A program made the translations under genes and the position numbers. Positions 1 through 8,056 of a DNA stretch of 32,000 nt are shown here, piece by piece. Under the pieces are notes generated by a model, which made no database searches, was not told the origin of the DNA, and worked only from the letters and a program-made list of their open reading frames with translations. Source of the stretch: Candidatus Lokiarchaeum ossiferum (GTDB lineage: Archaea > Asgardarchaeota > Lokiarchaeia > Sigyniarchaeales > Promethearchaeaceae); assembly GCA_025839675.1 (NCBI GenBank), contig CP104013.1, forward strand, positions 3,330,001 through 3,362,000, read 5' to 3'. Positions within the stretch are counted from its first letter, which is position 1. Each line of letters begins with the position of its first letter.

Positions 1-618
1 AACGATAAACCAGCATCCCGCAAAACCTTTACCGCTTTTAATAATCTTAAAATTGGAGAGTGGAAGATGGTGATGGGTGATACAGGTACGTATTGTAAGA
101 AAAGTCTGGAATTTTATCAAGATCGGGGCATTTTTCCTTTGCTTCGTGCACCAAAACACCTTAAAACTCATCCAACTCGGGAATTAAAAAAAGGATTTTG
201 GTTTAATTCCGATTATTTTCCACCTGGATGGACAGAGCAAGACATATTATTAATGTATGCTCAACGACCTTTAGTTGAAGCAGGTCAATCTGCAAACCCT
301 ACATTTTATAATCAAAAACGATTAAATACTCGTGGATTGAATATGGCCCACCTTCATCGTACCTTAACATATATACTGGATTTAATGCGAGCAATTACAG
401 CATATAAATTAGGTAGAACTGACTTATTGACGAAATTAAGTGCATTTTCAACTGGAAGGGAGTTTAAAACAAACTCTATGTGGATTAAACTAGCACGAGA
501 TTCAGGTTTTTGTCAACTTCAAGAGATTGCTTTAAATCCACGACAAAAAGCATTTTGGGATAAACGTCGGAAGTGGGAAGCAGAATTAAGAAAAAAACGA
601 AAAAACGGTAAATTTTAA
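1..618 (+). CDS. Hypothetical protein, probably 5'-truncated by the window edge
   Basis: The ORF track starts at ATG 67, but the same frame (frame 1) has no stop from nt 1 (NDKPASRKTFTAFNNLKIGEWK-MVMGD...). The basic C-terminal tail reads KRRKWEAELRKKRKNGKF. I recognise no motif. Confidence 0.5.
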   Translation, partial: NDKPASRKTFTAFNNLKIGEWKMVMGDTGTYCKKSLEFYQDRGIFPLLRAPKHLKTHPTRELKKGFWFNSDYFPPGWTEQDILLMYAQRPLVEAGQSANPTFYNQKRLNTRGLNMAHLHRTLTYILDLMRAITAYKLGRTDLLTKLSAFSTGREFKTNSMWIKLARDSGFCQLQEIALNPRQKAFWDKRRKWEAELRKKRKNGKF

Positions 619-653
619 GTTTTTAAAATTCACTCAGCTAATTTATTAAAATT

Positions 654-1946
654 TTATTCTTCTCTTATTTTTCCCAAATATGTTTTGCCATTCATATATG
701 GAACCAAAACATCTGGAATTTTAACTGTTCCATCTGCTTGCTGGAAATTTTCCAAAATACAACAAATAGTTCTTTCAGTTGCAATGGCAGTACTATTTAG
801 AGTGTTGGCTGTTCTGTAACTCGTTTTATCTCCTAAAGTACCACAACGGACGTCCAATTTTCTAGCTTGGAAGTCAGTACAATTACTACAAGATACTAAT
901 TCGCGATACACACCGCTGGCTGGAAAATATCCTTCTAAATCATATTTTTTAGCTGCATTATCATTTAGTTCTCCACTTGCTATTGAAACTACTCTGTAGG
1001 GAATTCCAAAAGATTTGAAAATCATTTCTGCATTTTCCAATAAGATTTCATGTATTTCCTCAGCTTGTTCAGGGGTGCAAAAGACAAATTGCTCAATTTT
1101 TTCAAATTGATGTACTCGAAATATACCCAAAGTATCTTTACCATGAGAACCCGCTTCTTTCCGAAAACATGTGGAAATACCACAATACTTACGGGGAAGG
1201 GTTTTTTCATCCAATACTTCTTTTCGATGTAAAGCAGCTAATGTTTGTTCACTAGTTGCAATTAAATAAAGATCTTCACCCTCAATCTTGTATAACTGTT
1301 CAGTAAAATCATTCAATTCCGCTGCTTCAGCCATAACCTCATGTTTTGCAAAGAAAGGTGTCCAAAATGGGGTAAAATCCCTCGAAACCAATAAATCAGT
1401 TGCATATCGCAATAAAGCAAGATTTAATAAAACCAAATCACCTTTCAAGTAATAGAACCTTGATCCAGCAATTGCAGAAGCCTTCTTGATCTCAGCTCCA
1501 TCAATTTGCTCAACTAAGTCCACATGGTTTTTGATTTCGAAATCGAAATTGGGAATATTTCCACTCTTTCTTACAACTTCATCTCCTTCTTCATCTTTCG
1601 CAATTGGGACACCATCTATTAATATATTCCCGACTTTATATCGATAAGCTTCACGTTTTTTTAAGTATTCTTCTTGAGCTGGTTCTAATTCAAGGATTTG
1701 GTTTTTAATTTGAGTGGATTTCTCCTTAAGCTCTTTAATTTTCTCTTTTCCATCCTTTGCGGCAGATTTAAAGGATTTAGATATTGAATTTCGTTCAGCG
1801 CGTAATTCTTGGAGTTTTTGAATAGTTTCTCTCCATTTTGTATCGTATTCTATTACTTTATCTACATTCTCGGTCTCTCGGAATCTTTTTTTTTCAGATT
1901 CACGAATTATTTCCGGATTCTCACGAAACAATTTAATATCTAACAT
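654..1946 (-). CDS. serS: Seryl-tRNA synthetase (class II, standard type)
   Basis: The N-terminus MLDIKLFRENPEII followed by a long coiled-coil arm is typical of SerRS. Class II motifs are present (FRKEAGSHGKDTLGIFRVHQFEKIEQF, GELNDNAAKKYDLEGYFP...YRELVSCSNCTDFQARKL). I prefer the ATG at 1946 with GGAGAG about 9 nt upstream; the ORF track extends to 1979. Confidence 0.95.
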   Translation of the reverse strand: MLDIKLFRENPEIIRESEKKRFRETENVDKVIEYDTKWRETIQKLQELRAERNSISKSFKSAAKDGKEKIKELKEKSTQIKNQILELEPAQEEYLKKREAYRYKVGNILIDGVPIAKDEEGDEVVRKSGNIPNFDFEIKNHVDLVEQIDGAEIKKASAIAGSRFYYLKGDLVLLNLALLRYATDLLVSRDFTPFWTPFFAKHEVMAEAAELNDFTEQLYKIEGEDLYLIATSEQTLAALHRKEVLDEKTLPRKYCGISTCFRKEAGSHGKDTLGIFRVHQFEKIEQFVFCTPEQAEEIHEILLENAEMIFKSFGIPYRVVSIASGELNDNAAKKYDLEGYFPASGVYRELVSCSNCTDFQARKLDVRCGTLGDKTSYRTANTLNSTAIATERTICCILENFQQADGTVKIPDVLVPYMNGKTYLGKIREE

Positions 1947-2022
1947 ATCGGTTTCTCTCCAAAAAATAAAAACCGACATTTCTTTTCAAATTTCCTTGAT
2001 TGAAAAACAAAAACAAAAAAAA

Positions 2023-3681
2023 TTAATTTATTTTGCCTAAAACTAATTTATCACTTAATACCTGAATAATAGTAATATCTTGAAAAGTACCCACCAAATG
2101 AACAGAATTTATAACTGAAACTTTAGGACCACCTTCTAATATCCAACCTATGGCATCTTTTGGGTGAGTTGTATTCTCTTCTGAAAGAAAAACTCTAACT
2201 TTTTTACCCAATAACTTCATTTTTTGTTGGCCGTTATAGTGAATTACAAATTTTTTAATTTTGTTGAAAACTTTCAGTGTTTTTTTATCAAATTGCTTAT
2301 AATGTCTTGGAATATTATGAAATGGAGATCCGGGTAATTCTTGATACTTATAAAGTGTTATCTTATCAACACCGATTTGTCCGAACTTTTTCATTAAAGC
2401 TAAAGTTTCATTAGCATAGAAAACATTATCCCCTGGAAGAGAATGAATGAAATAAACGTGCACTCGTATTTTCCGATTTAAGGCGCGTTTAACCGCTTCC
2501 AGTGTTGTTTGGGGCATTCCAGGACGACCTAATATATTTGCGAATTCATTTGAGCCAGTTTCACAACCAATTGAAAAAACAGCATTTGGAAGTTTAGCAA
2601 TGATATCTAATGCGCGATCTGAACATAACCCAGCTTTAATATTTTCAATAAACACTTGGACAGTCCGATCATGAATTTCAGGAATATTGATCAATTTATC
2701 GATAAGTTCATTTAAAGCCCTATAATTTGGTTCGGGAAAAGTCGGATTAATCAATTTTCCTTCTACCAAATTTTCACGCTGAAAATCTAAAAAGCCAGGA
2801 CCACCTAATACTATTCGGCAAGCCCCAATATTTATTAAATATTGAATTTCTTCAATAATCCCATTGATTGATCTAGATTTTGGTGCCCCAAATTCATTAA
2901 TCGTGGAGCAAAATCCACATCCTGCAGGGATATTTGCAGGGCAGGACAATTGGGTAATAAAATTATCTTCACGACATTGATTGCATTGAGAATCATCACA
3001 ACAATCCCCAGAACTAAGTGTTAATGCAGTTCTACGAAAATTGGAACATCCTCGCAAACACTCAACGAAGATCCTAGCATATTTAAAATCTTGATAAGCT
3101 TGAATTTTTTGAGGATAACCCGTGGTATTTTGAAACCATGAATTCTTTAAATTCGGTGGAATGGGATTTTGATGAAATACATTGGCTTGTTTGAGATACA
3201 AAATCCCAGGAATTTTGTCAAAAAATTTTTGTTTCCATTCTAAATTATTGCCATTTAAATTTGAAATCAAATTTGATAATTCATTTTTAAATAGCATATT
3301 TAGTGCAATTTCCCCCTCTTTCTGGATAGAAATATCACAATTTACTTTGTAAAGAATATTTTTATCACTTGAAATAGGTCCCCCAATGAGTGATAAGGTT
3401 TTATGATGACTTGGATGAGTAAAGTGCCATTTGTTCATGATTTTCTTTACAATTCCTAAATCCATGGTCATTGCTGAAATGCAAATTATATTAAAGATCT
3501 TAAGCATATCTGTTTCTAAGGATAGAAAATCTTCTCCACGCATTAAAGATGTTTCGATTTGATAATCTGAAATCTCTTCAATAAATCCTGCAACATATCT
3601 AGGCCCCGAACCAATAAAATCTCGCGTAAAAACTCGTTCTCCGTCTCCCGCTGTTAAACAATCCACAACAAGTAATTTCAT
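2023..3681 (-). CDS. Radical SAM-family protein with a B12-binding-like N-terminal domain and a TRAM-like C-terminal barrel
   Basis: The N-terminus is Rossmann-like (MKLLVVDCLTAGDG...GPRYVAGFIEE). A Cys-rich core reads ECLRGCSNF...GDCCDDSQCNQC...SCPANIPAGCGFCS. The C-terminal segment (KKVRVFLSEE...GWILEGGPKVSVINSVHLVGTFQDITIIQV) resembles a TRAM domain. The true start is probably ATG 3681; the ORF-track 'MIIM' begins at a TTG in the upstream TGAT motif. Confidence 0.65.
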   Translation of the reverse strand: MKLLVVDCLTAGDGERVFTRDFIGSGPRYVAGFIEEISDYQIETSLMRGEDFLSLETDMLKIFNIICISAMTMDLGIVKKIMNKWHFTHPSHHKTLSLIGGPISSDKNILYKVNCDISIQKEGEIALNMLFKNELSNLISNLNGNNLEWKQKFFDKIPGILYLKQANVFHQNPIPPNLKNSWFQNTTGYPQKIQAYQDFKYARIFVECLRGCSNFRRTALTLSSGDCCDDSQCNQCREDNFITQLSCPANIPAGCGFCSTINEFGAPKSRSINGIIEEIQYLINIGACRIVLGGPGFLDFQRENLVEGKLINPTFPEPNYRALNELIDKLINIPEIHDRTVQVFIENIKAGLCSDRALDIIAKLPNAVFSIGCETGSNEFANILGRPGMPQTTLEAVKRALNRKIRVHVYFIHSLPGDNVFYANETLALMKKFGQIGVDKITLYKYQELPGSPFHNIPRHYKQFDKKTLKVFNKIKKFVIHYNGQQKMKLLGKKVRVFLSEENTTHPKDAIGWILEGGPKVSVINSVHLVGTFQDITIIQVLSDKLVLGKIN

Positions 3682-3849
3682 TATTATCAAATCAAATATT
3701 CTTCCTTTTGATAAACTAATCTAAAATTGAAACTTTACTATTTCAAAAAATAAGAAATTCTTGCATATTTGGAAAAGCTTTTTTTTTAAACAAAAATATA
3801 TCCACACAATCTTTAATAAAAAAAGAATTTTATAATAGGAAGACCAAGA

Positions 3850-4611
3850 ATGAGCTTTTGGGAAGATTGGAGTAAGGATCTGGCAATAATAGGGATAACG
3901 GGAATTGTTGTGGTAACATCAATTTTAGTTCCTAAATTTTTAAGAGAAAAAGGAATCATTTCACAACTTTTTGCCCGGAAAATTATTCACAGTTTTTCGG
4001 GACTAGCTGTATTCATTACACCTTATTTGGATCATCCTATTGTTGCTGGATTTCTGGCTTTGGTCATGACAGTGGTTACACGAACTAGTGGGAAAAAAAG
4101 TCATATTAAGGTGCAAAGAGATCTTTATAACGCAATTAACGAAGATGAAGAAGAAGAAGTAGGATATCTTCAAGGTCCATTTGCTTATTGTCTCGCTATT
4201 ACTATCTTAGTCTTTATTTTTATTCCTATGGCCGATAAGTACTACTATCCAATAGCTGCAATCCTAATTATGATGTTTGCTGACACATTTGCTTCAATAA
4301 TTGGAAGGAAATATGGAAAACATCACATTAATATTCCTTGGGTGGGTAGTAAACGAACTTTGGAAGGATCTCTGGCTTTTATTGCCATGGCAATTGTATG
4401 TAGTTTATTTACTTTCTTTTTCTTCGGACAAATACTTCCTGGAAATTCCATGATACTATCTACATCCCAAGCTTTATTGTTGACTTTAATTTTAAGCATT
4501 GGATCCGCATTACTTGAATTAATCAGTCCCTCAAAATATGATGATTTAATTGTCCCATTAGGATCCACTTTGTTCATTTCGATCATTGCCTTCTTCTTAC
4601 ATATTTGGTAA
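3850..4611 (+). CDS. Polyprenol (dolichol/phytol) kinase / CTP-transferase-1 family integral membrane protein
   Basis: The protein is multi-TM. Motifs FADTFASIIGRKYGKH and GSKRTLEGSLAFIA match the GRxxGxxK ... K(S/T)xEGSxAF signature of the dolichol/phytol kinase family. AGGAAG lies 8 nt upstream of the ATG. Confidence 0.65.
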   Translation: MSFWEDWSKDLAIIGITGIVVVTSILVPKFLREKGIISQLFARKIIHSFSGLAVFITPYLDHPIVAGFLALVMTVVTRTSGKKSHIKVQRDLYNAINEDEEEEVGYLQGPFAYCLAITILVFIFIPMADKYYYPIAAILIMMFADTFASIIGRKYGKHHINIPWVGSKRTLEGSLAFIAMAIVCSLFTFFFFGQILPGNSMILSTSQALLLTLILSIGSALLELISPSKYDDLIVPLGSTLFISIIAFFLHIW

Positions 4612-4705
4612 GAAGGAAGAATTAGTTTTATTATTAAAAACTTTTAAAATTTTGGTGACTTAGACTTCCATAATTACTCCTAATTTTTATTATAATTAGT
4701 TGGAG

Positions 4706-5356
4706 ATGAAGAAAATGACTGAAGAAAAACCTAAACAAAAATTTACTTTTAATTGCACAAAATGTGGAAAATGTTGTGCTGAACGGGGACCTGTCCCTTT
4801 AGTAATGGACGATCTAACTTTGTGGGCTCGAAGTAATGTGGTGGCAAACATGATGCCTCACTTAAAATTTATTAAAACACCTTTTGGCACCATCGATTTA
4901 GTTTTGGGAAGGCAGGATAAAGATCCAATGGCTTTTATGAAACCAAAAAGTGAGAATGAAGCTGAAGAACCAGTTGATCTTTCTTGTCCTATGTATAATC
5001 AAACTGAGAAAACTTGTTTAGTATACGAAAATCGCCCTATGAGTTGCCGAACCTATCCTCTTGAATATGATGGGGAAAAATTTATGGTGGTTGATGCTGA
5101 AAACTGTGAAGGTATTGGGAATGGAGAAACCTCAAAAGAAGATCGAAAAGCGATGCGAGACCTTGCTAAAGAAATGAATATAAAATTAACCGAAATGCGT
5201 GTTGCTATGCCTGTTCTTGCCCAAGCAATGCAACCTTTTGTAATTTCACAGCTGATGGAAGCCCAACAAGAATATATGAAACAAATGGAAAAAATGTCTC
5301 CAGAAGAAAGGGCTAAATACGAAGAACAAATGAAAGCTCAAATGGAAGGAAAATAG
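4706..5356 (+). CDS. YkgJ/UPF0153-family Cys-cluster (Zn/Fe-binding) protein with a Met/Gln/Glu-rich C-terminal tail
   Basis: Signatures are CTKCGKCC near the N-terminus and CPMY...CLVYENRPMSCRTYP. The ORF track starts at TTG 4700. ATG 4706 or ATG 4715 (GGAG 9 nt upstream) are more likely starts. Confidence 0.7.
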   Translation: MKKMTEEKPKQKFTFNCTKCGKCCAERGPVPLVMDDLTLWARSNVVANMMPHLKFIKTPFGTIDLVLGRQDKDPMAFMKPKSENEAEEPVDLSCPMYNQTEKTCLVYENRPMSCRTYPLEYDGEKFMVVDAENCEGIGNGETSKEDRKAMRDLAKEMNIKLTEMRVAMPVLAQAMQPFVISQLMEAQQEYMKQMEKMSPEERAKYEEQMKAQMEGK

Positions 5357-5361
5357 TTTGA

Positions 5362-6450
5362 TTATAGTATTTTAAATGCTGCTTTCTGTAATCGATTCAT
5401 TACAGCAAGTCCTTCTTTTTTTTCCGAAATAGCTTCAACAATTATTACATCTACATTTTCCATATCCATTTCACGTAATTTGGCAAACAGACCCTGCTGT
5501 ATTAAAGCTGCGTTGAAATCTTGAGAGTCTATCAATTCATTTTTATTAATTCCTAAAGAATGTACATAAGTATCTTGATCTTGGGAAATAAGAATAGGTA
5601 ATTCTATGGTTTTGTGTGTATGGATAATTCCAATTTTTGATTGATTCTCTTTATATTGTAAATATGTTTTTTGAAGCTTAGCTTGAATTTCTTCATTAGT
5701 TCCAGTTAGTAAAATCACAGGAGCATTTGGTGAATAATGGGTATATTTTAATCCCGGAGTACTAGGTTTTTCTTCTAAAGCTTTATCCTTTTGATTTTTA
5801 CCATATACTTGTATGTTGGGAAGAACTTCTTGCAATTCTTCTAAAGTTATTCCGCCCGGTCGCAAAATTAAAGGTGGATTAGAATGAACATCAATTACAG
5901 TTGATTCTACACCATAATCACAAGAACCTCCATCCAAGATTAAAGGAATTATTCCTTTAAGATCATTGAAAACATGCATAGCATTTGTAGGGCTAGGTTT
6001 TCCCGAACTATTTGCGCTTGGAGCTGCAATTGGTTCACCTAATTCCCTAATTAAAGCACGAGCAATCTCATTTGCTGGCATTCTAATAGCTACTGTTGAT
6101 AAGCCTGCAGTTACGAGATCAGATACTAATTCCGATTTCTCAAATAATATAGTCAATGGCCCAGGCCAATAACGATCACATAGTATTGAAATTCTTTCCG
6201 GAATTTGTTTAACTAAAGCAGGTAACATGTCCATATGTGAAATATGAACAATTAAAGGATTATCCATGGGTCTTCCTTTCGCTAAATAAATTTTTTTTAA
6301 AGATTCAGGATTGAGTATAGATGCTCCTAATCCATAAACTGTTTCAGTAGGAAACCCTATAATTTCACCATTTTGCATTAAATAAACAGCTTCTTCCAAA
6401 TCTAGTCTGGTAAACCCAGTTGGATCTAAAGAAATTATTTTTGTTTCCAT
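5362..6450 (-). CDS. sua5: L-threonylcarbamoyladenylate synthase (Sua5/YwlC/TsaC, long form with Sua5 C-terminal domain)
   Basis: Motifs GEIIGFPTETVYGLGA and KGRPMDNPLIVHI, plus SANSSGKPSPT, are the classic YrdC/Sua5 signature. The C-terminal ~130 aa extension is consistent with a Sua5 domain. Confidence 0.9.
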   Translation of the reverse strand: METKIISLDPTGFTRLDLEEAVYLMQNGEIIGFPTETVYGLGASILNPESLKKIYLAKGRPMDNPLIVHISHMDMLPALVKQIPERISILCDRYWPGPLTILFEKSELVSDLVTAGLSTVAIRMPANEIARALIRELGEPIAAPSANSSGKPSPTNAMHVFNDLKGIIPLILDGGSCDYGVESTVIDVHSNPPLILRPGGITLEELQEVLPNIQVYGKNQKDKALEEKPSTPGLKYTHYSPNAPVILLTGTNEEIQAKLQKTYLQYKENQSKIGIIHTHKTIELPILISQDQDTYVHSLGINKNELIDSQDFNAALIQQGLFAKLREMDMENVDVIIVEAISEKKEGLAVMNRLQKAAFKIL

Positions 6451-6501
6451 AATTGCTTAATAAAAAGTGTTATCGAATTAATTTTTATTTTATTTTATGG
6501 A

Positions 6502-6762
6502 TCATGCCATCGTCAAATCAATATTTAGTAAATTCATGACCAACCAAAGGAAGTAGAAAAGAGCAAAACTAACGAAAAGACGAGAGATTAATTCTCCGGT
6601 CTTAATATTCTTATTTACTCGTAAAAAAAAGCCCCAAAAAATACTAAAAACTCCTAAAAATAACAATCCCCAAATTACATACATAATATAGCTGTCTGTA
6701 TTTAAAGTAAAATCTATTAAGAAATCAGACACATTTGAGAAAAAATCATCTCCAAAATCCAT
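6502..6762 (-). CDS. Small hypothetical membrane protein (2 predicted TM helices)
   Basis: Two hydrophobic stretches are present (YVIWGLLFLGVFSIFWGFFL; LFVSFALFYFLWLVMNLL). AGGATTAT lies immediately upstream of the ATG. No homology is recognised. Confidence 0.4.
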   Translation of the reverse strand: MDFGDDFFSNVSDFLIDFTLNTDSYIMYVIWGLLFLGVFSIFWGFFLRVNKNIKTGELISRLFVSFALFYFLWLVMNLLNIDLTMA

Positions 6763-6842
6763 ATAATCCTTTTTTTTGAAATTTTAAAAATATCGAAAAT
6801 TTTCTAAAAAAATATAGGTTGCTAATTGGCAACTTAAACAAA

Positions 6843-7319
6843 TCATATAGTTTCTAGAAGGGAATCTAATTCAGAAGTTTCTTGCTCTTTTTTCTCCAGA
6901 ACTTTATTATAAATTTTATCAATTCCATCTGGATCTTGAACTAATTTCATGCGTTTCCATATAGATTGTAGTTTTGAAAATTCAGGATAATTATCAATAT
7001 ATACTTCAATAAACTGTACTTTTTCTTCGATAGAACGTTCAAGTTTTTTGGCTGCTCGCTTTCTTACACTGATTATTTTCTCCCATTTTCCATCATCTGT
7101 CAATTCTTTCTCATGTTTTTCTAAATATTCATCAACCATTTTTTCAACAGTGACAGATTTACGATTAGAACGAGTTTTCCCTGGTGTATCATCAGCAAGA
7201 ATATCCAAAATATCTGCATATTTTGTAGGTAGTGTGATCCATATTTTTTTACTTTCTTTTTCTTCATTTGAAGAATCAGTATGCGAGGATTTGCTTGGAC
7301 TACCCATTTTATACACCAT
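6843..7319 (-). CDS. Ribbon-helix-helix (CopG/Arc/MetJ-like) DNA-binding protein with a charged helical C-terminal extension
   Basis: KKIWITLPTKYADILDILADD fits the beta-strand-helix start of RHH domains. Two 18-bp direct repeats sit in the gene's own upstream region. An alternative start is ATG 7307. Confidence 0.5.
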   Translation of the reverse strand: MVYKMGSPSKSSHTDSSNEEKESKKIWITLPTKYADILDILADDTPGKTRSNRKSVTVEKMVDEYLEKHEKELTDDGKWEKIISVRKRAAKKLERSIEEKVQFIEVYIDNYPEFSKLQSIWKRMKLVQDPDGIDKIYNKVLEKKEQETSELDSLLETI

Positions 7320-7338
7320 TTCGATTTTCGTGATTATT

Positions 7339-7386
7339 AATCCGATAATAACCGACCAAATTCATGTCAATCCGATAATAACCGAC
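7339..7386. repeat. Two perfect 18-bp direct repeats (AATCCGATAATAACCGAC) with 30-bp periodicity; candidate operator/iterons
   Basis: Exact copies lie at 7339-7356 and 7369-7386, between the RHH gene start (7319) and the palindromic TATA element. The 30-bp spacing is about 3 helical turns. Confidence 0.8.
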
Positions 7387-7419
7387 ATATTTATATAGGA
7401 GACTCTCCTATATAAATAT
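7387..7419. promoter_or_regulatory. 33-bp palindrome carrying two facing TATA boxes; candidate bidirectional promoter for the RHH and wHTH genes
   Basis: The sequence is ATATTTATATAGGAGA-C-TCTCCTATATAAATAT, with 16-nt perfect arms and a 1-nt centre. Each arm contains TTTATATA (the archaeal TATA consensus TTTAWATA) reading toward the opposite arm. Confidence 0.6.
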
Positions 7420-7535
7420 AGTGATTATGTTGCTTAGTAGCAACTCATAGCTACTAATAAGCTTCAAATCAAAAATAATGACTAAAAAGTTGTTATTTCT
7501 GAGTTACAAAAATAAAAAGTGTGTGTGTGAAAAAA

Positions 7536-7781
7536 ATGGTTGACTTAACAAAATTTGAAGATGGACTTATGTTTAGCCCATTACAACGTGAATTACTTAA
7601 TATGCTTGAAAAACAAGGACCTATGACAAGATCAGATCTTGTGAAAAGTGTGAATCATCCCAGAACAACAGTATATGATAACTTAACCAGGTTACAAAAC
7701 CATCAGTTAATTAGAAAATACTCGCGTCCAACCAATTCCCGAGGTAGACCTTTAGTATTCTTCAAATTATTAGATGAATAA
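7536..7781 (+). CDS. Small winged-helix-turn-helix transcriptional regulator (MarR/TrmB/ArsR-like)
   Basis: LLNMLEKQGPMTRSDLVKSVNHPRTTVYDNLTRLQNHQLIRKY...GRPLVFFKL is a typical wHTH with a wing. ATG 7536 is preferred, with GTGTGA about 6 nt upstream; the ORF track starts at GTG 7521. Confidence 0.75.
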   Translation: MVDLTKFEDGLMFSPLQRELLNMLEKQGPMTRSDLVKSVNHPRTTVYDNLTRLQNHQLIRKYSRPTNSRGRPLVFFKLLDE

Positions 7782-7804
7782 TCCATTTTTTACAAGTCAA
7801 TATA

Positions 7805-7831
7805 ATCGAAAAAACTTTTTTTCGATTTTTT
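7805..7831 (+). terminator. Hairpin plus T-run downstream of the wHTH gene
   Basis: ATCGAAAAAA (7805-7814) pairs with TTTTTTCGAT (7817-7826) and is followed by a T-run. Confidence 0.5.
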
Positions 7832-7870
7832 ATTTATAAAGGAATATCCAAATAATACGGTGATGAAACG

Positions 7871-8056
7871 ATGGGCTACCAAACTCAATTTACACTCCAA
7901 ACAAGAAAAAACTATAATAAAATTTTCAAACCCTTAAAGCGAATAGTTCAAAGCGAACCTTCAAAATTTCCAGAAAATATCCAATTTCCTGATCAAAAAA
8001 TGAATCTTTCAAATTATAATCAATTGAGAAAATGCCTAAAGCATCATTATCGTTAA
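7871..8056 (+). CDS. Possible small basic protein (61 aa), uncertain
   Basis: A strong SD-like GGTGAT lies 6 nt upstream of ATG 7871 (acGGTGATgaaacgATG). The product is low-complexity and basic, with no recognisable motif. Confidence 0.3.
   Translation: MGYQTQFTLQTRKNYNKIFKPLKRIVQSEPSKFPENIQFPDQKMNLSNYNQLRKCLKHHYR

Noticed and set aside
1022-1232. Two ~60-aa ORFs (1022-1210 minus, 1050-1232 plus) inside serS
   Set aside because: They are nested in, or antisense to, a confidently identified seryl-tRNA synthetase gene.
3682-3690. 'MIIM' N-terminal extensions in the ORF track (also at 18300-18308 and 23221-23229)
   Set aside because: They begin at a GTG/TTG inside the SD-like (T/G)TGATWAT motif. 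The ATG three codons downstream gives canonical protein N-termini (MKLLVVD, MAKKK, MTRYNS).
4323-4586. 87-aa minus-strand ORF. The same reasoning applies to shadow ORFs at 5966-6172, 8934-9137, 11212-11394, 16846-17052, 17035-17226, 19950-20177, 26330-26524, 26826-27056, 28314-28496, 29242-29445, 29597-29842 and 29843-30040.
   Set aside because: All lie within, antisense to, or out of frame with longer ORFs that have recognisable motifs or much better coding character. None has independent support.
7048-7398. 116-aa plus-strand ORF ending in INPIITDQIHVNPIITD
   Set aside because: It is antisense to the RHH gene. Its repeated peptide is simply the translation of the two 18-bp intergenic iterons.
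7860-7866. GTGATGA resembling a C box of a C/D-box sRNA
   Set aside because: No CTGA D box lies at the expected ~50-70 nt distance, and there are no C'/D' boxes. The motif is better explained as the GGTGAT Shine-Dalgarno of the small ORF starting at 7871.
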